DNA of 64,000 nucleotides, from contig JBEUKZ010000022.1 in assembly GCA_048128005.1 (NCBI GenBank), positions 1 through 64,000 of the forward strand, written 5' to 3'. The stretch's first letter is position 1. Every line of letters begins with the position of its first letter. Shown piece by piece: positions 33,526 through 46,449 of this stretch. Position numbers and translations under genes: made by a program. The notes under the pieces are model-generated. The model was given only the letters and a program-made list of their open reading frames with translations. It ran no database searches and had not been told where the DNA came from. The stretch comes from Veleropilina oligotropha. Its lineage: Eukaryota.

Positions 33526-34735
33526 TGTCACAAAGTAAAATTTTGCAAGTCCCTAATGTTCACAATTTTGATTGGTAGAGATGTTATGAAGATTGCGAGG
33601 TCGTCACTCAGCTGATATTAGCATATGAAAGATGTTCTTTTCTAAGTATGGAGAGGAGATTGCGATAAGAAGGCTATTAATTGTTGCCTGAAATAATCAT
33701 GTTGGATTAGTCCATTTTTTGCAGTTGTCCTTTGGTTGGAGAACAATTAACAATATCACTTGGGAAGTCCTTTTGCTGAGAGCAGAAGTGTTTTAGGGCT
33801 GGTGTTATGCCTAGCTGGCCTTATACAAATATTCATGGGTTATTTGAACCGTAAGTCTTGGATTGTAGTAGTTGTGAATTGTGATTTAATTGTACATACT
33901 TAATCTGGCATAAGATATGTTATTGAATATATTAGCTAATTTGTGATAGCTTTATGATTTTTATGTATGTATACAAATGAGTAAATACTGAATTAATATA
34001 TCATTGGCCATAGGTTGTTAAAGTAAATGATTCTTTATATAATTCCAGTATTTTCCGCTAGAAAAGTCGGAACCATACTTGCCTTAAGCTGTGCGAGCTA
34101 AGGGAGTATTCGCGTCAACTGTGTGTTGATTGGTTGAAGAGAGGAGCGATGAACTGCTTCTTTGAAATTCGATTTTGTTGAGAGGAGCGACGAACTGTTT
34201 CTACACAATTCGATTTGGGTGGCGAGAGGAGCGACGGACGGCTTCCATGCAATTCGCTTATACGAGGGAGAAGCGACGAACTGCTTCGATATAGGATTCG
34301 ATTATCGACGAGAGGAACGATGAACGGCTTCTAAAGGGAAATTCGATATGACGACGATAGGAGAACGACGGACTGATTCATCCTGAGAAACGTCTTATAT
34401 CTGATGAATTTCGTGTTTCTGACGTGCGGTCAGGAAATTGTTGGTTGTGAGTGCCAACTTTAAAAGGACAAATAAGTGTTTAAGGATGTATTAACTGCAT
34501 AAGTTTTACATAATTATAATCGTGATATCATGTCATCGCTTAATGTCATTTTTGTTTAAATAGGTATTGCTGATTTGAATGCTTGGTATATCATTATATT
34601 GTATGTTTAATGTTTATTGCGGGATGAATGTGAGTATGAATGATTGTTATGTTATTATAATGTTTGCTTAGAAATAAATATGTTTAACTTGCTTATCTCT
34701 GTTGTTGTTTCTCTGAGAAATATTTATATGTGACA
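33526..34735 (+). repeat. 5' LTR
   Basis: TGTCACA...TGTGACA; repeated at 39431-40640. Confidence 0.95.
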
Positions 34736-35012
34736 TAAATGGTGGAGAATCCGGGTAATTTTTAAGGTCATATATTAGAGATTCCTTAGAGAAGTTGCAG
34801 CGGGGATTTGCCCAGAGTAGATTCTGCCAACACGGTTGTTGTCGGACCTGCAGGAGGCTACATTTGGTCACTACCGTGGTTCAGCAGGTCAGCGCTCTGT
34901 TGTTGGTAACCCTTTTTTGATCTGGGTAAGTCTATCTCTTTAGCCAAAGAACAGTGACAATACAGGCGGCCGTAGCAAAGGTAAGAATACATTTGTATCG
35001 GATAACATAAGA

Positions 35013-38000
35013 ATGGAAAAAGGTGAACAAAAGGTTGAGAGAGAGAGTAGGTTGAGTGAAAGAGAGATGAGGATGAGAGAAAGGGAAATAGAGTTGGACG
35101 AGAGTAAGATGATATATGAACGGGAAGAAAAGGAAAAGGAACGGGAAGAAAAGGAAAAGGAACGAGCTTTGGAACGAGAAAGAATGGCGTTCGAAAGGGA
35201 GAAAATGAATTTTAACACGCAGCGGTCGAACCTAAACGAGTCTCAGGTAAGCACGAATGGCTCTAAGGGAGATTGGAAAAGGAAGTTGAAACTTCCAATA
35301 TTTGATGAAGCCAAGGACGATATGGATGCATATCTCCGACGTTTTGAGCGCGTCATTGAATCTTCAAATTACGAGGAAGATGAGTGGGCCACAGAGTTAG
35401 CTATTCTATTAAAAGGTAGAGCCTTGGATGCATACGTCAGGTTAGGAGCGGAAGAAGCCAAAGACTACCAGAAGGTAAAATTAGCCTTATTGAAGAGGTT
35501 TGAATTAACTGAAGAGGGGTTCAGGCAGAAATTCAGGAATGCAAGGGTAGATAAGGATGAAACGTTTACCCAGTTTTATAAAAGACTAGCGGATTATCTA
35601 GATAGATGGATTCAGCTAAGTAAAACTGATGAAACCTTTGTTGCTGTAAGAGACTTGCTATTAAAAGAACAAATCTTAAATTCATCTGGTAAGGATTTAG
35701 CATTGTATATAAAGGAGAGGATTCCCAAGACAGCTAAAAACATGGCTGAGATTGCTGAAATGTATATGGAAGCTCGGAAAGGTTATGGTTCTTTTCAATT
35801 TCAGAACAAGGATTCAAAGTCAGGATATGGAACCAGAAATCAGTTCAATCCTAAACCAGAAGCAAGTTCTCAAAAGGTAAATGATAAGAATAATCATTCA
35901 AGTTCAAGTTCTTCTAATGTTATATGTTACATCTGTAACAAGAAAGGACATTTCGCTAAAGATTGTCGTAGCAGGTTCCAAAGTCAGCGAAATATGCCAG
36001 ATGGGAGAAATTACAAAAAGGAAACCATGGGATGTAAAGCGGAATCGAATATAGTCCAGCGTGCACTACCCAAGACACTAAATTATATCACAGGACAGTG
36101 GAAAGGGAAAGAGGTACGTATATTAATGGATAATGGTTGTAGCACAATCGCCATAAAGAAAGATCTAGTACCTGACAGTGCTTATACGGGTGAAGTAGCA
36201 AAATACACGTGTATTGATGGCCAAACAAAAGAAGCTCCATTATGTAAACTATATTTGAGCACACCGTATTTTACAGGAACAACCACAGCTTATGTATTTG
36301 ATACTCCGTTATACGATATCATTATTGGAGATGTGGAGAATGCACGAACTAGAGAGCAGCCAGATAAAGGGTGGAAGAAGTTAATTATCAATGAGATAGC
36401 TATGGTGGAAACTAGAAGTCAAGCGACCAAGAAAAGGACTACTCCCTTAAACGCGCCACTAGTTGAACTAAATCTCTGCAATCCAGTAGAGATGAAGAAA
36501 GCACAGGAAGACGATTCCACACTTCATAAATTGTTCGACTTAGCAAAGTCGAAGGAAGAGCGAGTGAGGGGTAAGAACGTTTCTTCTTTTACAGAGGAAA
36601 ATGGATTGCTTGTGAGGAAATTCCAGTCTTCACATGTTGAGTTTGGAAAACAATTTAATCAACTTGTTATACCTTTCAATTTTAGGAATGAGGTTATCAA
36701 GCTTGGACATGAAACTCTAATGGCTGGACATTTAGGTACCAGGAAGACCTTGGATAGGATTCAGCGTAAATTTTATTGGCCAGGTATGGATGCAGAGGTA
36801 AGAAGGTATTGTAGGTCATGTGACTTATGTCAAAGAACAATACCAAAAGGAAGAGTTGGAAGGGTTCCACTAGGATCAATGCCAATTATTGATACACCAT
36901 TCAAACGTGTAGCAGTGGATTTAATTGGACCTCTGGAACCTATCACGGATCGACAGAACAGGTATATATTGACTATTGTTGATTATGCTACTAGATATCC
37001 GGAAGCTGTACCATTAACAAACATCGATACAGAGACAGTCGCTGAAGCTTTGCTGTCAGTTTTCAGTCGGGTTGGTGTTCCAAGTGAGATTCTAACTGAT
37101 ATGGGAACTCAATTTACCTCTGACTTGATGAAAGAGGTAGGCCGTTTGCTCTCAATGAAACAATTAGTAACAACACCATATCATCCGATGTGTAACGGAT
37201 TGGTTGAAAAATTTAACGGGACCTTGAAATCCATGTTAAAGAAAATGTGTGTGGAACGCCCAAAGGATTGGGATAGATATCTCATGCCTTTATTATTTGC
37301 TTACAGGGAAGTACCACAAGAAAGCCTTGGTTTCTCACCATTTGAACTTTTATATGGTAGAACTGTTCGAGGGCCAATGCAGATACTTCATGAGCTATGG
37401 ACAGGTGAGAACGCTGATCCGGAGGTTCGATCTACCTACAGATATATCTTTGATTTGAGGGAGAGACTAGAGGAAACATGTCAGCTAGCCCAACAGGAAT
37501 TAAGAAAGTCATCGGTAAGGTATAAGAAGTATTACAACTGTAAAAGCAAGGATAGAACATTCAAGGTGGGAAATGAAGTGTTGATTATGCTGCCTACCAG
37601 TAACAATAAATTACTGATGCAATGGAAAGGACCATTCACTGTAGTAGAAAAGTTCGGGCAGTCGGACTACAGAATTGATGTGAACGGCAAGGTGAGATCA
37701 TTTCATGCCAACATGCTCAAACGATATTTTAAGATTGCAGAAATTACAGTGATGAATACCGAAGAATCCGCTGTTATTTGCGTCGGAATTGTGGATGATG
37801 ACACTGAGCCAAGTGATGAGAGTTATGTAAATATTGAACTGCCTTCTCTTGTAGCTACAGAGTCTTGGAAAGATGTACACTTGGCAGATACGCTCAATGA
37901 GGAAGAACTGCGAGTATTATCATCACTAGTAGAAGAATACAATGATGTTTTAACTGATCTACCAGGTAGAACTAATTTGGAAACTGTGGAGATTCGGCTG

Positions 38001-39278
38001 AGTTCATCAGAACCAGTAAGAAGCAAACCTTACCCTATCCCACATCATTTACAGGATATGGTGGAAAAGGAAATTGATCTCATGTTACAGATGGATGTGA
38101 TAGAAACTTCAATATCGCCTTACGCTAGTCCCATAGTATTAGTAAAGAAACCTGATGGTAGTTATAGGATTTGTGGAGACATGAGGAAAGTAAATACACA
38201 AATTCTGTTTGATTCTGAACCAATTCCAAATATGGATGCTCTATTAGCCAAAGTTGGTAAGGCTAAATATTTATCTAAAATCGATTTGTCAAAAGGTTAT
38301 TGGCAAATTCCGATAGAGGAATCCTCTAGAGAGGTTACTGCTTTTGTTACTCCATTTGGTCTTTTTCAGTGGAAGGTAATGCCATTCGGAATGGTCACAT
38401 CAGGGGCACATTTCACCAGGATGATGAGGAAACTGTTGAATGGAGTTCCGGATGTTATGAACTACATTGATGATATCCTCATTTATGCGGAAACATGGGA
38501 AGATTTTGTCCAGGCAAATAAAGTGGTGCTTGAAAGGATTAGACAAGGGAAACTAACCGCCAGACCAAGTAAGTGCTATTTCGGATACGCTAGTATAGAG
38601 TTCCTGGGACACATGGTAGGACAAGGTCATTTGCTACCAGAGGAAAGGAAAGTCACGAAAATTCTGAAAGTGGCAAAACCGCAGAACAAGAAAGAAATCA
38701 AATCTTTTCTAGGTATGGTTGGCTTTTATAGGAAATTCATCCCAAATTTCTCAACTATTGCAGCACCATTAACGGACATGACTAAGAAAGGGACTACGAA
38801 TCAATTGAAGTGGACACCAGCGAGTAATTTGGCTTTGGAGAGTCTAAAGAAGCTTATGTCAGAGGCGCAAATTCTCAAATTGCCCGACTTCAGTAAACCG
38901 TTCATTGTACGAACTGATGCGTCTGGAACAGGACTTGGGTGTGTCCTCTTGCAAGAAACTGATGGAAAACCTCACCCAGTGTCATATTTGAGTCGTAAAC
39001 TCTTGCCTAGAGAAAAGGCTTACTCAACTATTGAAAGAGAGTGTTTGGCAATTGTATGGGGTATTGGTAAGCTGCAAATGTTTGTATATGGTAACGAGTT
39101 TATTTTAGAGTCTGATCACCAACCATTGGCATGGCTTAAGGAGGCGAAGTTGACAAACAGCAGATTGATGAGATGGTCATTGGCTTTACAACCTTACAGG
39201 TATGTATTCAGACAAATTCGTGGTTGCGACAATCTAGGTGCTGATTTGTTGAGTCGTTGTGGTGAACCTGCCCTATAA
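35013..39278 (+). CDS. Gag-Pol polyprotein (SCAN-like gag, CCHC, PR, INT, RT, RNase H)
   Basis: CYICNKKGHFAKDC; LMDNG; H..GHLG..CRSCDLC; VDLIGP/TDMG/VEKFN; YIDD; TDASG/ERECLA. Integrase precedes RT. Confidence 0.95.
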   Translation: MEKGEQKVERESRLSEREMRMREREIELDESKMIYEREEKEKEREEKEKERALERERMAFEREKMNFNTQRSNLNESQVSTNGSKGDWKRKLKLPIFDEAKDDMDAYLRRFERVIESSNYEEDEWATELAILLKGRALDAYVRLGAEEAKDYQKVKLALLKRFELTEEGFRQKFRNARVDKDETFTQFYKRLADYLDRWIQLSKTDETFVAVRDLLLKEQILNSSGKDLALYIKERIPKTAKNMAEIAEMYMEARKGYGSFQFQNKDSKSGYGTRNQFNPKPEASSQKVNDKNNHSSSSSSNVICYICNKKGHFAKDCRSRFQSQRNMPDGRNYKKETMGCKAESNIVQRALPKTLNYITGQWKGKEVRILMDNGCSTIAIKKDLVPDSAYTGEVAKYTCIDGQTKEAPLCKLYLSTPYFTGTTTAYVFDTPLYDIIIGDVENARTREQPDKGWKKLIINEIAMVETRSQATKKRTTPLNAPLVELNLCNPVEMKKAQEDDSTLHKLFDLAKSKEERVRGKNVSSFTEENGLLVRKFQSSHVEFGKQFNQLVIPFNFRNEVIKLGHETLMAGHLGTRKTLDRIQRKFYWPGMDAEVRRYCRSCDLCQRTIPKGRVGRVPLGSMPIIDTPFKRVAVDLIGPLEPITDRQNRYILTIVDYATRYPEAVPLTNIDTETVAEALLSVFSRVGVPSEILTDMGTQFTSDLMKEVGRLLSMKQLVTTPYHPMCNGLVEKFNGTLKSMLKKMCVERPKDWDRYLMPLLFAYREVPQESLGFSPFELLYGRTVRGPMQILHELWTGENADPEVRSTYRYIFDLRERLEETCQLAQQELRKSSVRYKKYYNCKSKDRTFKVGNEVLIMLPTSNNKLLMQWKGPFTVVEKFGQSDYRIDVNGKVRSFHANMLKRYFKIAEITVMNTEESAVICVGIVDDDTEPSDESYVNIELPSLVATESWKDVHLADTLNEEELRVLSSLVEEYNDVLTDLPGRTNLETVEIRLSSSEPVRSKPYPIPHHLQDMVEKEIDLMLQMDVIETSISPYASPIVLVKKPDGSYRICGDMRKVNTQILFDSEPIPNMDALLAKVGKAKYLSKIDLSKGYWQIPIEESSREVTAFVTPFGLFQWKVMPFGMVTSGAHFTRMMRKLLNGVPDVMNYIDDILIYAETWEDFVQANKVVLERIRQGKLTARPSKCYFGYASIEFLGHMVGQGHLLPEERKVTKILKVAKPQNKKEIKSFLGMVGFYRKFIPNFSTIAAPLTDMTKKGTTNQLKWTPASNLALESLKKLMSEAQILKLPDFSKPFIVRTDASGTGLGCVLLQETDGKPHPVSYLSRKLLPREKAYSTIERECLAIVWGIGKLQMFVYGNEFILESDHQPLAWLKEAKLTNSRLMRWSLALQPYRYVFRQIRGCDNLGADLLSRCGEPAL

Positions 39279-39430
39279 GTAAATGTCATAATTTGCGACT
39301 TGCGGGAGAGTCTATGTATATATCTTAATTAAATCTTGGTATGGATTGTATTATGTTATTTATGTTTTTTATACTTTGTTATATTTTTGTGTTAGATATT
39401 GCTATGCAAAATCTTGGAAAAAGGGGTAAT

Positions 39431-40640
39431 TGTCACAAAGTAAAATTTTGCAAGTCCCTAATGTTCACAATTTTGATTGGTAGAGATGTTATGAAGATTG
39501 CGAGGTCGTCACTCAGCTGATATTAGCATATGAAAGATGTTCTTTTCTAAGTATGGAGAGGAGATTGCGATAAGAAGGCTATTAATTGTTGCCTGAAATA
39601 ATCATGTTGGATTAGTCCATTTTTTGCAGTTGTCCTTTGGTTGGAGAACAATTAACAATATCACTTGGGAAGTCCTTTTGCTGAGAGCAGAAGTGTTTTA
39701 GGGCTGGTGTTATGCCTAGCTGGCCTTATACAAATATTCATGGGTTATTTGAACCGTAAGTCTTGGATTGTAGTAGTTGTGAATTGTGATTTAATTGTAC
39801 ATACTTAATCTGGCATAAGATATGTTATTGAATATATTAGCTAATTTGTGATAGCTTTATGATTTTTATGTATGTATACAAATGAGTAAATACTGAATTA
39901 ATATATCATTGGCCATAGGTTGTTAAAGTAAATGATTCTTTATATAATTCCAGTATTTTCCGCTAGAAAAGTCGGAACCATACTTGCCTTAAGCTGTGCG
40001 AGCTAAGGGAGTATTCGCGTCAACTGTGTGTTGATTGGTTGAAGAGAGGAGCGATGAACTGCTTCTTTGAAATTCGATTTTGTTGAGAGGAGCGACGAAC
40101 TGTTTCTACACAATTCGATTTGGGTGGCGAGAGGAGCGACGGACGGCTTCCATGCAATTCGCTTATACGAGGGAGAAGCGACGAACTGCTTCGATATAGG
40201 ATTCGATTATCGACGAGAGGAACGATGAACGGCTTCTAAAGGGAAATTCGATATGACGACGATAGGAGAACGACGGACTGATTCATCCTGAGAAACGTCT
40301 TATATCTGATGAATTTCGTGTTTCTGACGTGCGGTCAGGAAATTGTTGGTTGTGAGTGCCAACTTTAAAAGGACAAATAAGTGTTTAAGGATGTATTAAC
40401 TGCATAAGTTTTACATAATTATAATCGTGATATCATGTCATCGCTTAATGTCATTTTTGTTTAAATAGGTATTGCTGATTTGAATGCTTGGTATATCATT
40501 ATATTGTATGTTTAATGTTTATTGCGGGATGAATGTGAGTATGAATGATTGTTATGTTATTATAATGTTTGCTTAGAAATAAATATGTTTAACTTGCTTA
40601 TCTCTGTTGTTGTTTCTCTGAGAAATCTTTATATGTGACA
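39431..40640 (+). repeat. 3' LTR
   Basis: Direct repeat of 33526-34735. Confidence 0.95.
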
Positions 40641-42451
40641 GAGAGTAAGGGGGATAAATCTCTTCACATCATAGACTACTATGACTGATAAGAACATAAA
40701 ATATAACATTGATCATTAACACTTCAAAATCAGTTTACAAGTCCAACTTAACACGCGGTTTAACCACTCTGCCACTTCGAGTAATTACGGGTGCTGTTGA
40801 TTGCGGACTTGGCGTAACATTGGATTTGGAGTTTGGCGAGTTACATTGGTGTGTATTATCGGAAATGATATTGTCATTGGCAGTGATTTGTGAATGATTT
40901 GCAGAAGGTAATTCTAAATCTACAGGGTCCTCATTAACTATGTTCTCCGAAGTGCGAAACATATGTCGTCGATTGTGTTTGTAGGTACGTTGTCCTGAAG
41001 CGACATTATACGATCTTGCTTGGGCATTTATGTCCTTGACGACTCCGTGTTTCCAATTTCCATGTGGTCCTTTAAATCTCACGATATCTCCTGAATTAAG
41101 ATTGGATTTCTGCAATCCTGCATGTTTGTCGTGATAGAATTTTTGCTTTGATGTCTTTGTAGTAACTTTTTATGTACCGGGTACGGACTCGATAATTTCG
41201 GGATTAAGTAATTTCGGTTTAGCGGGTAGTTTTGTCTTTAGTCTACGACTCATTAACAGTTGTGCTGGCGATTTGGCGATTCCATCGAGGGAGGTATTTC
41301 GATAGTTCAGTAATGCTAAATAGGGATCACCACCTGATCGTTCAACTTTGTCAAACATGTCTTTGATCGTCTGAACACATCTCTCGACTTGCCCGTTTGA
41401 TTGAGAGAAACCGGCACTGATTGTGGTATGTTTGAAATCCCATTTCTTTGAGAATTCACTGAAATAATGACTGGTATGCTGCGATCAATTGTCACTAATC
41501 ACTTCATCACGAATGCCGTGTCTCGCGAAAATCGATTTTAATGATGTTATGACAGATCGACTGGTTATGCTTGAAAGATGACTTATTTCAGGGTATTTCG
41601 AGTAATAGTCTATGCATAACAGATACTGTAGTCGTTTCCTTGGTAATGTAGCAAGTCAGTTGCGACTTCGGCCCATGACCTTTTTGGTATGTCATGAGGA
41701 ATTAATGGTTCTGCAGCTGGCATCTTTCGCATTTCTTGACATGTACCACAGCGCGATATCATGTCCTCTATTTGAGAGTTCATACTCGGCCAATAAAGTA
41801 AATTACGTGCTCGTTGTTTCGATTTCACGATACCTTGATGCTTTTCGTGTATGCGATTTAGCATGTCTTATCTGAGTGTATTCGGCATAATGATTCGCTG
41901 ACCTTTAAATATCAACTCCTAACACGATTCGATCCATTCTCACCATATTAACAATCTTTGACCTCATTTCTGAGTTCGGTAAGATAAGAGTTAAATATTT
42001 CAGATTGTTTTGTTGTAGCGAGTTGAACCTATATCTTACAAGTGTGATGTTTTTCCTACAATGCGCCTTGAATTTGTCTTTGCGAGCTTGAATTTTGTCT
42101 CGTTCGCAGTGTAGCTTGTGCGCTTCCGGTCCGGCAACGTGAAGGAAAACATTGCACTGCACGACCTCACTTTTCTCAGTGATGCCACTTGCGACTGAGT
42201 ATATTTCTAAAGCACGTATCCACTCTTTATAATTCTGGGATAGATTATTTTTGACGCTCAAATGTCCTGGTGGGTTTAGTCCATTTAACGACATTGTTTA
42301 CGTTATTTATCCCGTATTTCTGACACCATGTGAAATACTTGTCTGCAACTCATGGCTGGTGACAATGCAATGACTACATAGCTTTATTCTCATTGGATAA
42401 TAATCACATCTATTTATAGCAATGTATTTAAGGCAATAACATCACAATGCC

Positions 42452-43550
42452 AACATATTCATGACCGACCTCGAGACTCGATTTCTGAAGTCAATATCAC
42501 TGAAGCCGATTTTCTATGCTCGATTAATAGATGACTTATTTCTTATATGGATGCATGGGGAGTCGGTCCTACACGATTTTTATTCAGCCTTCAACCAATT
42601 TCATCCTATAATTAAATTCACAATTGAGTACTCAACCAGAGAAGTCAATATTTCGGACACCACAGTAATAATTGAAAATGACACTCAAAACAAACGAATT
42701 CAGGAAATCCACAGACAGATATAACTACCAAACACCATCGAGATTTCATCCACAGCACACAATAAAGTCCATCGTATACAGCCAGGCCATCAGATACAAC
42801 CGCATTTTCTAAAAACCTGACGACAGGGATATCAATTTAACACATCTGAATGAAAACTGTAAGAAACTCAAATATAACCCGAAGATGGTGTCACAACAGA
42901 TTAAATAATCGCTTAAAATTCCACGTACCAAATTACTTCAATATAAACCTAAATCAACGATCGATCGGATCCCATTAGTAGTTACATACAATCCTCATCT
43001 AAAACCGCTGAAACGCATAATCACCAACCTCCAACCCATTATCCAAGACGACCCTGCTCTTAATAACTTTTTCGGCGAAACACCAATAATATCTTACTGA
43101 CAACCGACTAATCTCAGAAAAAGCTGGTGAGCACCAAATCGTCAATGCAAACTAATTCAAAGGGAACCACCAGTCCGTGTAGCAAAGGTATATACCAGCT
43201 ATGTGCCCATGTGAATCCGAGCTCATCTATTACGGGACCAAATAATAATGTTGTGCATCGAATGCCCAATGAAAATTTACGGCGGACAAACGTGTTGCAC
43301 ATTACGATCACGCATCAATAATCACAAATCAGACATTCATAATAACGCACCATACAAACTTGTAGCAGAACACTTTAACGTTCCCGGACATAGTTTACAC
43401 GACTTCAAATTCGCGATCCTAGACCATAACAATTTCAAAACACGCATCGAACGCGAGACCGCTGAACTAAAGATCATCCAACGACTCGACCTAATACATC
43501 AAGGATTAAACAAGACTATGGTTTAATGTCGCACTACAGTATTTAAATCT
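42452..43550 (+). mobile_element. Penelope-like element, 3' part (RT end plus GIY-YIG endonuclease), decayed
   Basis: Removing the LTR element restores PQYA|NIFM. YARLIDDLF; YGGQT..LRSRINNH..VAEHF...GLN. Confidence 0.9.
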
Positions 43551-46449
43551 TCCACATATCATAATATTATGTATGTAAAATTGTTTTATAATTAATGCAG
43601 ATATAAATTGTTTCATAACTTAAGTACTATATTTCTGAACACATTAACTTTATATTTCATGTCACTACAACACGTCATCGTAATTTTACTAGTAATCCTT
43701 GCTCGTATGTCTTATCGTCATTACTGCATGCATTGATTTACATTATTAACTTCAAGTACACAAATTGCTTACTTCTTAACTATAGTTAATATTAATGTCT
43801 TACATATGACGTCACATTATGTACGTTGCATTGCTATGGTATTGACTTTTGATTGTAATCCACATTGCTCTCGCTACAGAAGACGTAACTTTGTTTACGA
43901 AAACTTAAGCCCTTTTGCATATATAAAGTTAGTCTTAAAGTGCTACAAGTCATTGTTATCTACATTATTTTGAAAACGAAAAACGCGGCTACTGAAACTA
44001 GTAAAGCCTACAATTTGTCTTCAAATGACTCATACCTGTGTTTCAATGTGTTGTGCAATGCCTGTGACTTATCTAAGTAGACTATAGACTCATATGACTC
44101 ATGGATGTGACGTATGCAAGACGACTATAGCCTCATACCTATGTTTCTAGGTGTATATAACCTGAAATACCTGGGAAAAATTGGGTATGTTACCTGTTGT
44201 GTAGATGTATGTTACCTGAAAGATACCCCCACGGTTGACGTGAATGAGAACGGCATCCAACTGTAACATATGAGGAATTGGGATACCCACACTGGTGTCT
44301 GTCACTCCTCTATATATCTGAATCTGATAAGGTGCGTGCAGGTGATAGTTGATGACTGTGGCGACTATGTTGTTGTGCAATCGTCGGCACCTGTGACGTA
44401 GATGTGACGTAGGGAGTTGTGCAAACAAGTAGATTGGGTACCTATTTCACAATACCTGTAGCCTCAATAACACTTATGTCCCAGAGTCCTGACCGCACAG
44501 TCTGAACTATACCGGAAATGTTGACTGCTTTACTGTGTATGTACAGGAAATAACAATTGTCACCAAGGCTTCAATGGCAGATCCAAGTATAAATGGCCTA
44601 ACATGTCCGAACGTGTATTGAGCAAGTTTAATCCAAATGACAAAGCCCCCACTACACTGTTTTACGCCCAATTTTGTATGGTAGTGTAAGGTCAAAACTG
44701 ACCGGTTATATGCTATTATTCACGTCGGTGGTTCGAACACACCTTTTACGAAGCGCTATCACTGATGTTAACTTGCATGTGTAGGTAGAAATACCTACTG
44801 TGACTGTTTGAAACACAATATGCATGGGGATGTTTACCAATGAATAAAGTTCGATCTGGTCTGTAGAATTATCCACGCCGTGGATTTGAACATCCTACCA
44901 CTGTTTTCCGCTCACATAAACCTGACTAAATGCTTTTTAATAAAATACGCTGATATACAAATGATTTTCTAACATGTTAACACGTGTAAAAGGCTACCGA
45001 CATAACACAGCTGTGATTAAAATGTTTGTTGTCAGCGACATTTGCGGTTCGGTCATGCTAAACCATATTGGCTGATCACTACATCGGTATATACACCAAA
45101 TTATACATACCTCGTTATGTAGTGATATTGAAGCATACCATATATCTCAATATAGTAGGGTTCGAATCCCATGATGGCTACACGTCCTGTGTGAAACAGA
45201 CAACGAATAACCTGATACAGGTCATTTGACCAAACGGTGCTACTAATATTTCGATATGTTTAGCTAGCTTCTGATTACAAGAAAGTGTTTCTTATTTCAA
45301 GCTGGCCTGTGTGTCTTCAAACTTGCTGGATGTAAATGTTGATTCTGATTGTGTATTGTAACAGCCTGGTCAGATTATTACCGTCCAATGCTCGGTGTTT
45401 ACTAGACAACCGTAAGCGGAAGCACACACGTAATTGAGTTAGAATCGCACATCAAATTCATATAAGGGACAACCATGACTGATAAACCTTGCGGCAGTGG
45501 TGATGGTGACTGCAGCAATGTTGGTGGTGACTGCAGCAGTGGTGGTGGTGACTGCCGCAGCAAGACAGACAAGAAACGTCAAATATATGTATTTTTATTC
45601 ATATAAGGAAAAACCATAATAATACATTATTAATAAGGAAGCCATTTAAAGGGTGGATGTTTACGACGACAATGCGCTCTCATATTATATTTTCTGGAAG
45701 ATATTTCTTAACACATAGGACATTGCTTGCGTTTTGATGCAGGTGGTGTCTGTCGCACGGCTTGTGGTGTTACGTCATCTTTATGTTTATGCTTATCGTG
45801 CCTTAACAAGCCATCCCTTCTCGAAAATTTGACATTGCAAACAGGGCTAATTGTTAATAGGGTAGCCATTTAAAAGTCGCAATTTTTTCTCCTGGAGGTC
45901 CCTTGTTCGATGGTTTGACAATCACCGATTCTTTCAATGTCGCTTCAATGGTTTTAGATGTTTCTCCCGAATGTCCCTTGTTCGATGGCTTGACAATCAC
46001 TGGTGCTTTCTATGTCTTTTCAACAGTTTTAGATATTTGTTTGTTGGCTGTCATTAACTTTTCATAATCGTGTTTGGTAATAAATATCATTTCCTTAGAC
46101 ATGCTCGATCAGAGAAAGTGCGAGTTCCACTAACAAGGGTGCTAATGCGTGATGTCTCAATAATCTTGCCGTGACTTGTTCCATGGCTTGACAGCGCCAC
46201 AATGAGCTTTTCGTAAGGACGCAGCTTATTTATATATTCGAGACTAACTTTAATATTACCTTTAAAAATATTTAGGGCGATTTGAGAAAGGTCAGTTATT
46301 TGGTCTTCATTCATGTGTTCGATTAAGGCCTTGTGTTGTCTCTTATGACACTTGTGCAAAATGTTCAGGAAAGCCTCCTGCGAGGTGACCATATCACCCA
46401 TGTTTTTAACACTGATGAAAATACACTCGAGACTTTAATTATAAAGGTC

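Larger units (their letters stand above)
33526..40640 (+). mobile_element. Young full-length Gmr1-like LTR retrotransposon
   Basis: 1210-bp near-identical LTRs; TSD GAGAG (33521-33525, 40641-40645); PBS TGGTGGAGAATCCGGG (tRNA-Ala type); PPT before 39431. Confidence 0.95.
33249..42446 (-). mobile_element. Decayed, internally deleted Ty3/Gypsy (Mag-like) LTR element with 118-bp LTRs
   Basis: LTRs 33249-33366 and 42329-42446 (TG..CA); TSD ATGCC; PBS TGGTGTCAGAA (tRNA-Leu type). Gag fragment 41905-42294 and integrase fragments 40735-41864. Confidence 0.9.

Noticed and set aside
34138..34382. CRISPR-like repeat/spacer look
   Set aside because: Degenerate repeats and very short spacers inside a eukaryotic LTR; no cas genes.
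43870..43915. Possible Penelope hammerhead ribozyme (CAGAAGA...GAAA)
   Set aside because: Core deviates from CUGANGA and the stems are weak; cannot be supported by eye.
45120..45190. tRNA gene
   Set aside because: Only a B-box; no cloverleaf can be built.
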